Below, in pieces: positions 42,874-52,477 of a DNA stretch of 64,000 nucleotides. Source of the stretch: Deltaproteobacteria bacterium TL4 (GTDB lineage Bacteria; SAR324; NAC60-12); contig JBBCAX010000010.1 in the NCBI GenBank assembly GCA_051382335.1, forward strand, positions 11,955-75,954. The letters run 5' to 3'. The translations under genes and the position numbers were made by a program. Below the pieces are notes generated by a model. The model was not told where the DNA came from. It made no database searches and saw only the letters and a list, made by a program, of their open reading frames with translations. Within the stretch, counting starts at the first letter, position 1. The number at the start of each line of letters is the position of its first letter.

Positions 42874-45068
42874 TGAGCAAAGAACAGGCGATCATTCCAT
42901 TTTACGCATTAACGCTGTTGATCAGCTCCTTTTTATTGTTTGCCGTTCAACCACTGATTGGAAAAATGTTGCTGCCACAATATGGCGGAGCCCCTGCGAT
43001 TTGGAATACTTGCATGGTTTTCTTTCAAGGCATGCTGCTGCTTGGATATATTTATGCTCATCTCATTGTAGGGAAATTCCGCCTCCGACAGCAAGTACTC
43101 ATCCATGGAGTGTTGCTCCTGGTGACTCTTTCCCTTTTACCCCTAAACCCCATTACCGCCTCCTTTGGCACCAGCACTCATCCTGAATTTCAGTTATTGG
43201 GCGAGCTGTTTATGGGGATTGGACTTCCCTTCGCAATGCTCTCCACCAGTGCTCCATTATTACAAAAATGGTTTACGACTATGCGCTTTCCCTCAGCGAA
43301 AGATCCTTATTTCTTGTATGCGTTCAGCAACACCGGGAGCGTTATTGCCTTGCTTGGATATCCCTTCATCATTGAACCAAATATTGATTTAATCCAACAA
43401 ACATGGATTTGGTCCATAGGGTACGGAGGGGTTGTGTTGATATTGCTGGTTTGCGGTTTTTTGATTTGGAATCCGGCAGCTCAAGCTCAAGTTGCTGGGG
43501 CAACAGCCGGACTAAAAAAACTTCCGCTTCGACAATCTGCTTTTTGGATTGGCGCCTCATTTTTACCCTCCAGCCTGATGTTGGGGGTGACCACTCATAT
43601 CACAGCAAATATCGTAGCGGTTCCTTTACTTTGGGTGGTTCCCTTACTGCTGTATTTAATCACGTTTATTTTGGTCTTTGCCGCCAAACCCCTCATTTCT
43701 CATCAATTCATGCTAAACAGCTATCCAGCGATAGTGATTCTCATCACTCCTTTAATTCTTATGGAAGTCCTTCAAAATCCGTGGATTACTGTACCGGCTC
43801 ATCTGTTGTTTTTCTTTGTTGCCGCAATGGTTTGTCATGGTGAACTGGCACGGAATCGTCCTCATGTCAGCTATTTAACCCATTTCTATTTGTGTCTGTC
43901 CGTGGGAGGGGTTCTGGGGGGAATCTTTAATGCCCTGATTGCTCCGCAAATCTTCCAAACGGTTGTGGAGTATCCTCTCATCATGATTTTTGTTTGTTTA
44001 TTACTGCCTGATCGTTTGACTTCAGCAACGCGATTCAATCCCAGGCTCCTGGATGTTGGATTGCCGTTGATCATGTTGTTTCTTTCCCTGTTTTTGTTCT
44101 ATCTTCTCCCCGACGCATGGCAAGGAACTCGAATGGTTTTTAATATTTGGGTCGGAGTGATGGCCTTGATTTGCTATCGCTGGAGGGAACGTGGCTTACG
44201 CTTGGGTTTGGGGGTCAGTACGATCATGATTCTTCTCGCAACGTTTACTCAACAGGAAACAGGTAAACTGCTGCATATTGAACGTAACTTCTTTGGAGTA
44301 AAAAAAGTTATTTATCAGGCTGATGAGCATTGGATCAAACTCATTCATGGTGACACCACGCATGGCATTCAAAGTCGCGATCCTGAGCATCAACATGAAC
44401 CTTTTGCTTATTTTCATCAAACGGGTCCCCTTGGGGATGTCTTTCGGGTATTCAATCAATCCCGTCTAAAACCACGGGTTGCTGTGATGGGACTGGGGGT
44501 TGCCTCAATGGCTACCTATGCCACACCAAGTCAGCATTTTACCTTTTATGAAATTGACCCCGCGATGGTACATCTCGCAGAGGACTCACGTTTTTTTTCA
44601 TTTTTAAGACAATGCCAGGGGTCTTATCAAATTATTGTTGGAGATGGAAGATTGGCTATTGCTTCACTTCCGGATCAGTCGCTGGGGATGATTATTTTGG
44701 ATGTCTTTAGCTCAGACGCGATCCCTTCCCATGTCCTGACCCTTGAAGCCATTCAACTTTACCTGGACAAAATAGAACCTGAAGGGCTGTTAGTGTTTCA
44801 TATCACCAATCGCTTTTTCAACCTGGAACCTTTGCTTGCGAATATTGCTCATGCGAAAGGTCTGGAGGTTCTTTCCCGAGAGGATAACAACACAACGGCT
44901 ATTCCAGGCAAGTTTCCTTCTCATTACCTTGCCATGGGGCGCGCAGGAGAGGCGATGCGACAACTGAAAAATCAGCCTTATTGGTATTCGGTACCCGCCT
45001 ATCCTGACGTGGAAATATGGACGGATCATTATTCCAATATTCTAAACCTCCTCAACTCTGTGGAGTGA
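42870..45068 (+). CDS. paralogous membrane protein with spermidine-synthase-like domain (Asp residues retained)
   Basis: 732 aa; N-terminal TM bundle; C-terminal MGLGVASMA.., FYEIDP, IILDVFSSDAIPS; start overlaps the stop of the previous paralog by 4 bp. Confidence 0.7.
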   Translation: MMSKEQAIIPFYALTLLISSFLLFAVQPLIGKMLLPQYGGAPAIWNTCMVFFQGMLLLGYIYAHLIVGKFRLRQQVLIHGVLLLVTLSLLPLNPITASFGTSTHPEFQLLGELFMGIGLPFAMLSTSAPLLQKWFTTMRFPSAKDPYFLYAFSNTGSVIALLGYPFIIEPNIDLIQQTWIWSIGYGGVVLILLVCGFLIWNPAAQAQVAGATAGLKKLPLRQSAFWIGASFLPSSLMLGVTTHITANIVAVPLLWVVPLLLYLITFILVFAAKPLISHQFMLNSYPAIVILITPLILMEVLQNPWITVPAHLLFFFVAAMVCHGELARNRPHVSYLTHFYLCLSVGGVLGGIFNALIAPQIFQTVVEYPLIMIFVCLLLPDRLTSATRFNPRLLDVGLPLIMLFLSLFLFYLLPDAWQGTRMVFNIWVGVMALICYRWRERGLRLGLGVSTIMILLATFTQQETGKLLHIERNFFGVKKVIYQADEHWIKLIHGDTTHGIQSRDPEHQHEPFAYFHQTGPLGDVFRVFNQSRLKPRVAVMGLGVASMATYATPSQHFTFYEIDPAMVHLAEDSRFFSFLRQCQGSYQIIVGDGRLAIASLPDQSLGMIILDVFSSDAIPSHVLTLEAIQLYLDKIEPEGLLVFHITNRFFNLEPLLANIAHAKGLEVLSREDNNTTAIPGKFPSHYLAMGRAGEAMRQLKNQPYWYSVPAYPDVEIWTDHYSNILNLLNSVE

Positions 45069-45154
45069 CGTTTTTAATTGCGCTCCTGACCTGCTTCCGT
45101 TATACAATTCCAGTAGGCGATAGGAATTACAAGAACACATCAAAGCTATAAGGA

Positions 45155-45862
45155 GTGTCTATGTTCGAACTGGTCTTGCTTGTTGCATCCGTATTATTCT
45201 TTGTTGGAACCCATTTTATTTCAAGTACCCCTTTAAGAGGATTTTTAGTAAGGACTCTAGGCGAAAGGCTCTATCTCGTCCTATACTCCCTGATTTCAAT
45301 AGGAGCGTTGGTCTGGATGATTGTCGCGTATGGAAATGCTCCCAGGAATTTACTGATGTGGTACTCCAATGCTTTTACACGAATGATTCCTCTTTTCGTG
45401 ATACCTGTCGCCTTTACGTTTGTGATTGCGGGTGCCGCCATCGGTGGTAAAAATCCGACCTCTTTGACAAGTCTTTTGATTCCTAAAAAAAGGTCTGCAG
45501 CACAAAATGTAAGCGGCATTTTACGTATTACACGCCATCCAATGCAGTGGGGCATTCTTTTATGGGCTCTTTCCCATATTTGTGCTACCGGTGAAGTGGC
45601 TTCTTTTTTATTTTTTGGCGGGTTTGCTTTTCTATCAGGTGTTGGAAGCCTTTCGATTGATCGCAAACGAGAAAAAACGATGGGTGACGAGTGGCAGGCT
45701 TTCGAGAAAATCACATCCAATGTTCCTTTTGCTGCCATTGTTGCAGGAAAAAACCGCTTGATTTTAAGCGAAATTCCTTTTGTCCAAATCTTAATCGCAG
45801 TCTTCCTCTATGGCATTTTTATCGCGTACCATGTCTCTTTTTTTGGAACATTGGCGCATTAA
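45155..45862 (+). CDS. NnrU-family integral membrane protein
   Basis: 235 aa; 5-6 TM helices; motif ITRHPMQWG characteristic of the NnrU / isoprenylcysteine-carboxyl-methyltransferase-like superfamily. Confidence 0.5.
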   Translation: MSMFELVLLVASVLFFVGTHFISSTPLRGFLVRTLGERLYLVLYSLISIGALVWMIVAYGNAPRNLLMWYSNAFTRMIPLFVIPVAFTFVIAGAAIGGKNPTSLTSLLIPKKRSAAQNVSGILRITRHPMQWGILLWALSHICATGEVASFLFFGGFAFLSGVGSLSIDRKREKTMGDEWQAFEKITSNVPFAAIVAGKNRLILSEIPFVQILIAVFLYGIFIAYHVSFFGTLAH

Positions 45863-46128
45863 CCAATCGCTGAAGCGTCATTCGAATTTGTAGGTCAGAC
45901 TAAACATTGAGGAAGAAGGTCCATCCCAAAAATGTTTCAGGGATTGGTGCTGGATTTGAGTTGAACGGTCGTGGAATCACGGGTTGGAAAATAGAAACGA
46001 TCGCTTAAAGCAGGGAATTCCTCATGGCCGAAGAATACGGCATGTTTCACACATACCTAACACTTTGGTGGATAGGCCAAAGACGCTAAGAAATTAACGA
46101 CTGGACCTATCAACTCGCAAAGCTCAGA

Positions 46129-47052
46129 TCAAGCCTCACCATCAGAAAGTAATTCCAGGGCTTTCATCAAGGCATGGGTTCCACATTTTCCATGACCTTG
46201 TGCTTGAAGGGCTACATAGAGTTGGTGTACCAAAGCCAGACCTGGAAGTGAGAGTTTCATGCGTTGTGCTTCACTCAAAGCAATTTCCATATCTTTAACA
46301 AAGTGATCCACACAAAATCCAGGATCATATTTTTTTTGAACAATTCGGGGCGCAAGGTGATCCAACGTCCAACATGCTGCGGCACCTCCCCGGACTGATT
46401 CTAACATCACGTCCACGTTCAATCCTGCTTTATAGGCGTACATCAGACTTTCACACACGCCAATCATGGTACCGGCAATCACTATTTGATTGGACATCTT
46501 TGCGTGTTGTCCCATACCAGACTCTCCTTGATAAACAAGGTTTCCGCCAAGTATTTTAAACAGGGGCATGACATAATTGACGACCCCCTGGTGTCCTCCA
46601 ATCATAATAGAGAGTGTTGCGTCACGTGCACCAATATCTCCGCCGGAGACTGGAGCGTCAATAGCAATCACTTGTAGCGTTTCCGCTTTTTTTGCGATTT
46701 TTTGAGACAAGCTTGGCGACGTGGTGGTCATATCAATCAATACAGAATCGGGCTGAACTCCATCAAAAATCCCATTGCTACCGAAATAAACGTCTTCAAC
46801 ATCCTTCGGATATCCCACAATCGTAAAAATGATATCGGAGTTTTGTGCGACTTCTTTTGGTGAATTGAGCCACCTTGCGCCTCGCTGTATGAGGGCTGTC
46901 GCTTTAGACTGGGTACGGTTATAAAGTGTAACAGGGTAACCTTCCTTGAGCAGATGTCCACACATGGATTGTCCCATAACTCCTGTGCCAATCCAGCCAA
47001 TACGAATCAAATCAGAAGTGCTGTTTTTTTTCAGAATAGTTTGATTTGCCAT
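46129..47052 (-). CDS. NAD(P)-dependent 3-hydroxyisobutyrate dehydrogenase-family oxidoreductase
   Basis: 307 aa; Rossmann motif IGWIGTGVMGQSM; 6-PGDH-like NAD-binding fold with C-terminal helical domain. Confidence 0.8.
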   Translation of the reverse strand: MANQTILKKNSTSDLIRIGWIGTGVMGQSMCGHLLKEGYPVTLYNRTQSKATALIQRGARWLNSPKEVAQNSDIIFTIVGYPKDVEDVYFGSNGIFDGVQPDSVLIDMTTTSPSLSQKIAKKAETLQVIAIDAPVSGGDIGARDATLSIMIGGHQGVVNYVMPLFKILGGNLVYQGESGMGQHAKMSNQIVIAGTMIGVCESLMYAYKAGLNVDVMLESVRGGAAACWTLDHLAPRIVQKKYDPGFCVDHFVKDMEIALSEAQRMKLSLPGLALVHQLYVALQAQGHGKCGTHALMKALELLSDGEA

Positions 47053-47120
47053 AAAATGCTCCTTATAATCCCCCGTTCTCTCTAACTCTATGATTTCTCC
47101 AACTTCTGGTTTAACAGCAG

Positions 47121-49385
47121 ATGCAAAAAAAGCACAATATCAATCGGATACAACTAATTTTTTTAATATTTTTAGGGTTTCACCTTTTTCTGCTCATTTC
47201 AATCACCTTTGTCAGGTATGAAGCCAGCCTGGAAACCTCTCCTCTTCTAAAAGGGGAAAGCTGGCAGAAGCAAGGTACCTTTGAAATCAAGGGTGTGTTT
47301 TTTGGAACCGACTCCCAACCGATTCATTCCCTATTGGGCAAAAAAAAGCCTATGGAGCTATGGGGGTCCTGGGTTCGGAGTGACTCAAATACAGGTCGAT
47401 TGGAATCAGCCAACTTTCAAGCATCAGAAGCGCTTTTGATATTTATTTCAGGTTATCCTCAAAACGAAGGAAACCAAGTTTATTTAGAAAAGCCAAGTAC
47501 CGGAGAACAGTTACCGCTGATCCATTATAATCCCAGAGAACAATGGGCCCCCGTTGCTCTAAAGCTGCCTGAAAACTGGAAGAATTCAAACGTCCGCATT
47601 GTTGCCATTGATAACGCTCAAAAACATAGGGGTTGGCTGGGGATCAGTACTCCTTATTCTATCCCGTCTTGGTCTCTGATATTATTCGATCTTCCTGACA
47701 TGGATTCGTTTAAGATTTTTCCTTTGTATACCCTCAACTTTATTTTATTTATGATTCCCGGCTTGGTCTTATCTTTAAAATTAAAGGAACACGGGGTGTA
47801 TTCTTCCGCTTTTGTGGTATTGGGCGCATGTGGTGTTACCGCGGCAATCGGGTATTTGAGCTTCTGGCTCTATTGGATTCACCCTAACTTGGGAAGAGGG
47901 CTGACGATTCCTGTTTTACTGTGGACAATGCTGCGTCTCAGCCGTTCCAAGTCCAGGAAGGATTTAGAGTCTGTCCTGAGCCAACCCGATATTTTGTATC
48001 CTTTAAGTATCATGTATCTTGTTGGTCTTATCTATTTGGCGTATTTGTATTTACAAAGTGCTAATCTAGGTTTCGATGTCATTAATATGGCCTCTTATCG
48101 TTTTCTTTATACATTGCCTAATGATAATATCATCCCTCATTTGTTTGCGGAAAAATTATATCAAGGACGAGATCCCAGGCCTATTGTTGGGGATTGGCTC
48201 AGCAGCGATCGTCCTCCGTTGCAAACAGGCCTGGTTCTGTTTTTAAGACCTTTAGCGGTTCTGGTGGGGGAGGTTAAACTTCATTATCAGCTAACGGCAA
48301 CTCTTGGTCAATGTATGTGGGTTCCTGCCGTGTGGAGTTTATGTCAAGCTATGAAACTATCCTTTGAAAAGATCCTGATGGTGCTTGCCTTTCTCATTTT
48401 TACGGGATTCTTCTTATTAAACTCGGTTTATGTCTGGCCTAAAATGCTTGCGGGTTCGTTGACGATCGGGACCTTTCTCTTGTTACTCAACCCCTTGAAA
48501 AATCAAGAAAAGATCACCAACCTACAAGTGACGACAGGAGCTTTGTTTGCGGCACTGAGTATTTTAACTCACGGTGCGGCTATCTTTACACTTTTGGCCA
48601 TTGCTTTTGTTTTACTCCTGCCTCGTTATTACTTTGGCATACGCAAAACCCTCTTGGGGTGTCTTGTTTTTATCATTTGTTACACTCCCTGGATGGGATA
48701 TCAGCAATTCTATGAGCCGCCTGCAAATCGACTGGTCAAATGGCATATCGGAGGAACTATCCCCATTGATGACCGTACCACCGGTCAAACCCTCGTCGAA
48801 AATTACTCTCAGTTAGGATGGAAAAAAACATTGGAATATAAATGGAGCAATTTGAGAGAAATCCTCATGCCTCGTCCCTATCCTCTGTTTCGAAATGAGG
48901 CAAAAGAAGTCTTTGAACGACAAAATGCCGAGTTTTTTTCGGTGATGTATGCGTTGAATACATTGAATATAGGATGGCTGGTATTGATGCAAATCGGTCT
49001 GTCCCGTGCCTTTCGACGTCCTTTGTTTATCAAAGAACTTCCAAAGCACTTAAAAGAAATATTCGGTATATCTCTGCTCACCCTAGGAATTTGGGTTGTG
49101 TTCATGTTTGGTCCAAACTCAACCGTAAACCACCAGAGTGCTTATGCGCTGCTGATTCTTTTGGGAACAGGTTTGGGGGCTTTAATTACACTGTTACCCC
49201 GCTATTTGGTTTATGGACTATGGCTCTTCCATTTTTATAATTTTAATACCACCTGGATCTTACAAAATTCTTATCAACGAGATCTCAATCCTTTGATGAT
49301 TTTCATGGTCGTCATTTCGATGATGGTTTTGGGGTTTCTGTTTTTTCATCTAAAAAACAGTCATACACTTAAAGCAGAACAGTGA
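47121..49385 (+). CDS. large polytopic membrane protein of unknown function (possibly GT-C-type glycosyltransferase-like)
   Basis: 754 aa; N-terminal signal/TM followed by a roughly 170-aa soluble region, then more than 12 TM helices; no diagnostic motif. Confidence 0.45.
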   Translation: MQKKHNINRIQLIFLIFLGFHLFLLISITFVRYEASLETSPLLKGESWQKQGTFEIKGVFFGTDSQPIHSLLGKKKPMELWGSWVRSDSNTGRLESANFQASEALLIFISGYPQNEGNQVYLEKPSTGEQLPLIHYNPREQWAPVALKLPENWKNSNVRIVAIDNAQKHRGWLGISTPYSIPSWSLILFDLPDMDSFKIFPLYTLNFILFMIPGLVLSLKLKEHGVYSSAFVVLGACGVTAAIGYLSFWLYWIHPNLGRGLTIPVLLWTMLRLSRSKSRKDLESVLSQPDILYPLSIMYLVGLIYLAYLYLQSANLGFDVINMASYRFLYTLPNDNIIPHLFAEKLYQGRDPRPIVGDWLSSDRPPLQTGLVLFLRPLAVLVGEVKLHYQLTATLGQCMWVPAVWSLCQAMKLSFEKILMVLAFLIFTGFFLLNSVYVWPKMLAGSLTIGTFLLLLNPLKNQEKITNLQVTTGALFAALSILTHGAAIFTLLAIAFVLLLPRYYFGIRKTLLGCLVFIICYTPWMGYQQFYEPPANRLVKWHIGGTIPIDDRTTGQTLVENYSQLGWKKTLEYKWSNLREILMPRPYPLFRNEAKEVFERQNAEFFSVMYALNTLNIGWLVLMQIGLSRAFRRPLFIKELPKHLKEIFGISLLTLGIWVVFMFGPNSTVNHQSAYALLILLGTGLGALITLLPRYLVYGLWLFHFYNFNTTWILQNSYQRDLNPLMIFMVVISMMVLGFLFFHLKNSHTLKAEQ

Positions 49386-49396
49386 AGGGATTGGAG

Positions 49397-50044
49397 TTAC
49401 TTCCAAAAACTGGGGCGTAATTTGGCTTTCAACCGCGTTCCTGCCTTATTGACACGATTCATGAGTGGATGAACATTTTTGCCATATAAAATAAAAGCAT
49501 TGGTAAATAAGTCCTGTTTGTCCTGAGATAACAAGAAATGCACCGTTTGATAGCTGATCCAATTTAAATGTTTTTTCAATAGGGAGGATAAAATGATCTT
49601 TTGTATTTGAGGATTAGATTGGAGTGTCGCGATGATGCTTTCTAAATTTTCATACCCAAGGTATTTCCGAAAAATGTTGAGGTACAATCGATGAATTCGA
49701 GCTTCGTAATACTTATCTTTGCTGCAGGCCTCCTGTTCTGTTTCAACGATGTATCGAGAAACAACGAAGATGAGATCGGGATCCTTCTCCACTTTCTTCC
49801 TGAAAGCGCCAAACAACGTTTCATCAAAAATTTCAACTAAAGTTGAAGCCAGATCTTCCTTAAAGGTATCGTCTTCAATTTGATAATAGCAATCGATACA
49901 AAAGACCAAATGCTCCAACATTCGCCCTTGAACCATATTGGTCAAGAAATGAACGACCGAGTCGTCTGAATGCTTTTTCCGTGATAAATCAATTTGCGCA
50001 AGGCCCTTTGACATTGCTTGTGTATACGGGTTGACTTCTCTCAT
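49397..50044 (-). CDS. hypothetical protein (215 aa)
   Basis: ORF with no recognisable domain; divergent from the ParB-like gene. Confidence 0.4.
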   Translation of the reverse strand: MREVNPYTQAMSKGLAQIDLSRKKHSDDSVVHFLTNMVQGRMLEHLVFCIDCYYQIEDDTFKEDLASTLVEIFDETLFGAFRKKVEKDPDLIFVVSRYIVETEQEACSKDKYYEARIHRLYLNIFRKYLGYENLESIIATLQSNPQIQKIILSSLLKKHLNWISYQTVHFLLSQDKQDLFTNAFILYGKNVHPLMNRVNKAGTRLKAKLRPSFWK

Positions 50045-50323
50045 CTCAATTGGTTCATTACCCTAAATTCCAGTTTAACAACCAGCAAACTCCTTAGTCA
50101 TTTTTTTGACACAAAATAAACAGAACATCAAAAAAAAACAATTACGTAAAATTACGTAGACTTCTAAGAGTTTGTGATTTCTGTTAAGCCCGACTATGAT
50201 CACATCGGATTTCAGAAGACACATCTGTTTTGTGGTTACTTCTCTTTTATAGAGATGCGATATTAACCTGAGTTATCAGGAGAATTCGCATCATTCACCT
50301 CATACTTATAACAAATCAGGTTC

Positions 50324-51349
50324 TTGGTGTTTATGCAAAATAAATATCATTTTAATTGGGTCCCTCAGAGTATCAGTCTTTCCGAACTGAGTCAAACTGA
50401 TCCTTCGCTGAAATGGCAGGAAGACGAAACTAGTGCCGTTTTATTGAACTCGATTGAGCAATATGGGATTCTCACGCCTTTTCTGGTTCAGCGACTGGAG
50501 AACCAACCTCTTCGAATGATTGATGGTTTTAAACGTTTGAAGGCTTTAAAACAGCTTCGATTTCAAGATCAGGACTCTTGGTACCCTTGCCAAGTGCTTT
50601 CAGGTGACCTCTCTTTGAAAGACTTGGCGTTTCTTCGCCTACACACATTTTCGGAAAGCTATACTTTTAAAGGATTGCAGCTGTGTCATATTTTACAAAA
50701 GCTTCAAGCGTGGGGATACACCCAGGAAGAATTAACACAAACCATCATGCCAAAACTGGGACAACCCCCTTCAATAAAATTAGTGAATCAGCTCATTTTA
50801 TTAAATGCTCTGCTACAAAACCTAAGTTTTCTTCCCACTCATTGGAATCAGTTGACCGCTGAGGAGGTGACCCTGCTGCTTAAGTTTTCTGCGCATGAAC
50901 TTAAAGCGTTGGGGCAAATGCTTGAAAAAATACAGTTGGGAGGAAATAAATGGAAGTCACTGATTCAGCTCCTCTCTGAAGTCTGTAAGATCCATCAGTA
51001 TGATCTGCTGACTCTTATCGATCGTCCAGAGATTCAAGAAATCGTGTCGAATTCTCAACTTCAACCTCCGGTACAGCATCGTTTGCTGAAGCAGCAGCTA
51101 GAATCATGGCGCTATCCTGAATTGTCAAAAACGAGACGAGCTTTTCAAGCCATACAACAAAAAATGATTCAATCCTCTAAACTTCAAATAGAGGTTGACC
51201 CCTATTTTGAAAACGAGTGGCTTACCATCAGTTTTAGGGCAAGCTCGTGGGAAGAATTTTCTGAGAAATCTCAACCCTTACGGGAACCTTCCTCTGAGGA
51301 CTGGCAAGCTTTATTTGAGGTGGTTGGGCGATGCTTCAGCAGAATCTGA
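50324..51349 (+). CDS. ParB/Srx N-terminal-domain protein (no recognisable HTH)
   Basis: 341 aa; ParB-NTD signature ISLSEL..ILTPFLVQRLENQ..LRMIDGFKRLKA (GERRxRA-equivalent GFKRLKA); remainder helical with no HTH motif. Confidence 0.55.
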   Translation: MVFMQNKYHFNWVPQSISLSELSQTDPSLKWQEDETSAVLLNSIEQYGILTPFLVQRLENQPLRMIDGFKRLKALKQLRFQDQDSWYPCQVLSGDLSLKDLAFLRLHTFSESYTFKGLQLCHILQKLQAWGYTQEELTQTIMPKLGQPPSIKLVNQLILLNALLQNLSFLPTHWNQLTAEEVTLLLKFSAHELKALGQMLEKIQLGGNKWKSLIQLLSEVCKIHQYDLLTLIDRPEIQEIVSNSQLQPPVQHRLLKQQLESWRYPELSKTRRAFQAIQQKMIQSSKLQIEVDPYFENEWLTISFRASSWEEFSEKSQPLREPSSEDWQALFEVVGRCFSRI

Positions 51350-52477
51350 CGTGTTAAGCCGTTGCTCCAAGAACGCCAGCAACTCTTCTGGAAGGTAGTC
51401 CGCGATTGCTTTTACTTTAAGGAAAAATTTTTCCCAATTTTTCCCTTCCTCCACATAAACTTGAGCAAAAGCCTCTACATAATTGTGGTAACGCTTCACA
51501 CTGAGAAGATTGGCGTTATTCAAAGAATGCGAAAACCAATTGTCATAAGAGAGAATTTGGAATTCAGATTTCCTTTGAAGGTAAGACTGTTGGAGCTCAT
51601 AAAAAAGTTGTTGCTTTTGAACTATTTTTTCCGCGTCTGCCAGGGGTGACGCATAGAGGGTTTCAAATTTTTCTAAAAACGCACTGATGATATTTCTAAA
51701 TAATTGCTCATCATGCTGTTCCTGTAAATAGACTTGATACCCTGTAGTCTTTGAGCTTTCTTTGGTCTCCAGATATTGTCGCAATCCTTCCTGTTCAACA
51801 AAAACCGCAAAGGACTCATTGAAGGAGGTGTCTCCCCGGATGTAAACAACTTGGTGAGCCATTTCATGGATGAGGATGCTGATAATATTTGTTTCCGAAC
51901 GACCTTCAAAAAAAGTATTCAGTACGGGGTCATTAAAATAAGCTGGCACCCAAGGATTATTCAACCAACCGAGTGTCGAATAGGCCCTGACTTTTCCGAT
52001 CGACACATCCAGTCCTTGTTGTTTCAGGATTTCCGCATATTGCTGTGCTTCCTTTTCGTCGAAGTAGCCACGATATTCAACACATCCTACAAACAGGAAA
52101 CACCACTCATAGGATTCAAGTTTTAAGGGGTAAGCCGCGAGTACTACATTACTGACATGGGATTTGCCAATATCGGCATAATCGGTATACCCGTAGACTT
52201 GAGGCAGAGAGAGTTGGCTTACTGCATAATTTCGCACATCCAGGATTAATTTGAGCTGGGAAACGAGTTCAGGAGAAGTTTGGGGCGCTTCTAACAACGC
52301 TTGGATACTCTGTTTGTTGTTAAGAATTTTTATATGTCCCTTAACGGCTTGCCAATAATATTGAATTTCAGAACATCCAATATTAAAAAAACTGACACAG
52401 AACATTCCAAACAAACAACAAAACTGATGCCATTTGAGTTTTTTCTTCCTCCTGAGGGGACCCTTAATTTTTTGCAT
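51311..52477 (-). CDS. predicted zinc aminopeptidase-like lipoprotein (HExxH)
   Basis: 388 aa; N-terminal signal with Cys (FFNIGCSE); zinc-binding HEMAHQ followed by ESFAVFVEQEG; overlaps the convergent ParB-like gene by 39 bp. Confidence 0.55.
   Translation of the reverse strand: MQKIKGPLRRKKKLKWHQFCCLFGMFCVSFFNIGCSEIQYYWQAVKGHIKILNNKQSIQALLEAPQTSPELVSQLKLILDVRNYAVSQLSLPQVYGYTDYADIGKSHVSNVVLAAYPLKLESYEWCFLFVGCVEYRGYFDEKEAQQYAEILKQQGLDVSIGKVRAYSTLGWLNNPWVPAYFNDPVLNTFFEGRSETNIISILIHEMAHQVVYIRGDTSFNESFAVFVEQEGLRQYLETKESSKTTGYQVYLQEQHDEQLFRNIISAFLEKFETLYASPLADAEKIVQKQQLFYELQQSYLQRKSEFQILSYDNWFSHSLNNANLLSVKRYHNYVEAFAQVYVEEGKNWEKFFLKVKAIADYLPEELLAFLEQRLNTSDSAEASPNHLK

Noticed and set aside
46024-46089. 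21-codon ORF (MAEEYGMFHTYLTLWWIGQRR) in the convergent spacer after the NnrU gene
   Set aside because: It is too short and has no RBS or conservation evidence.
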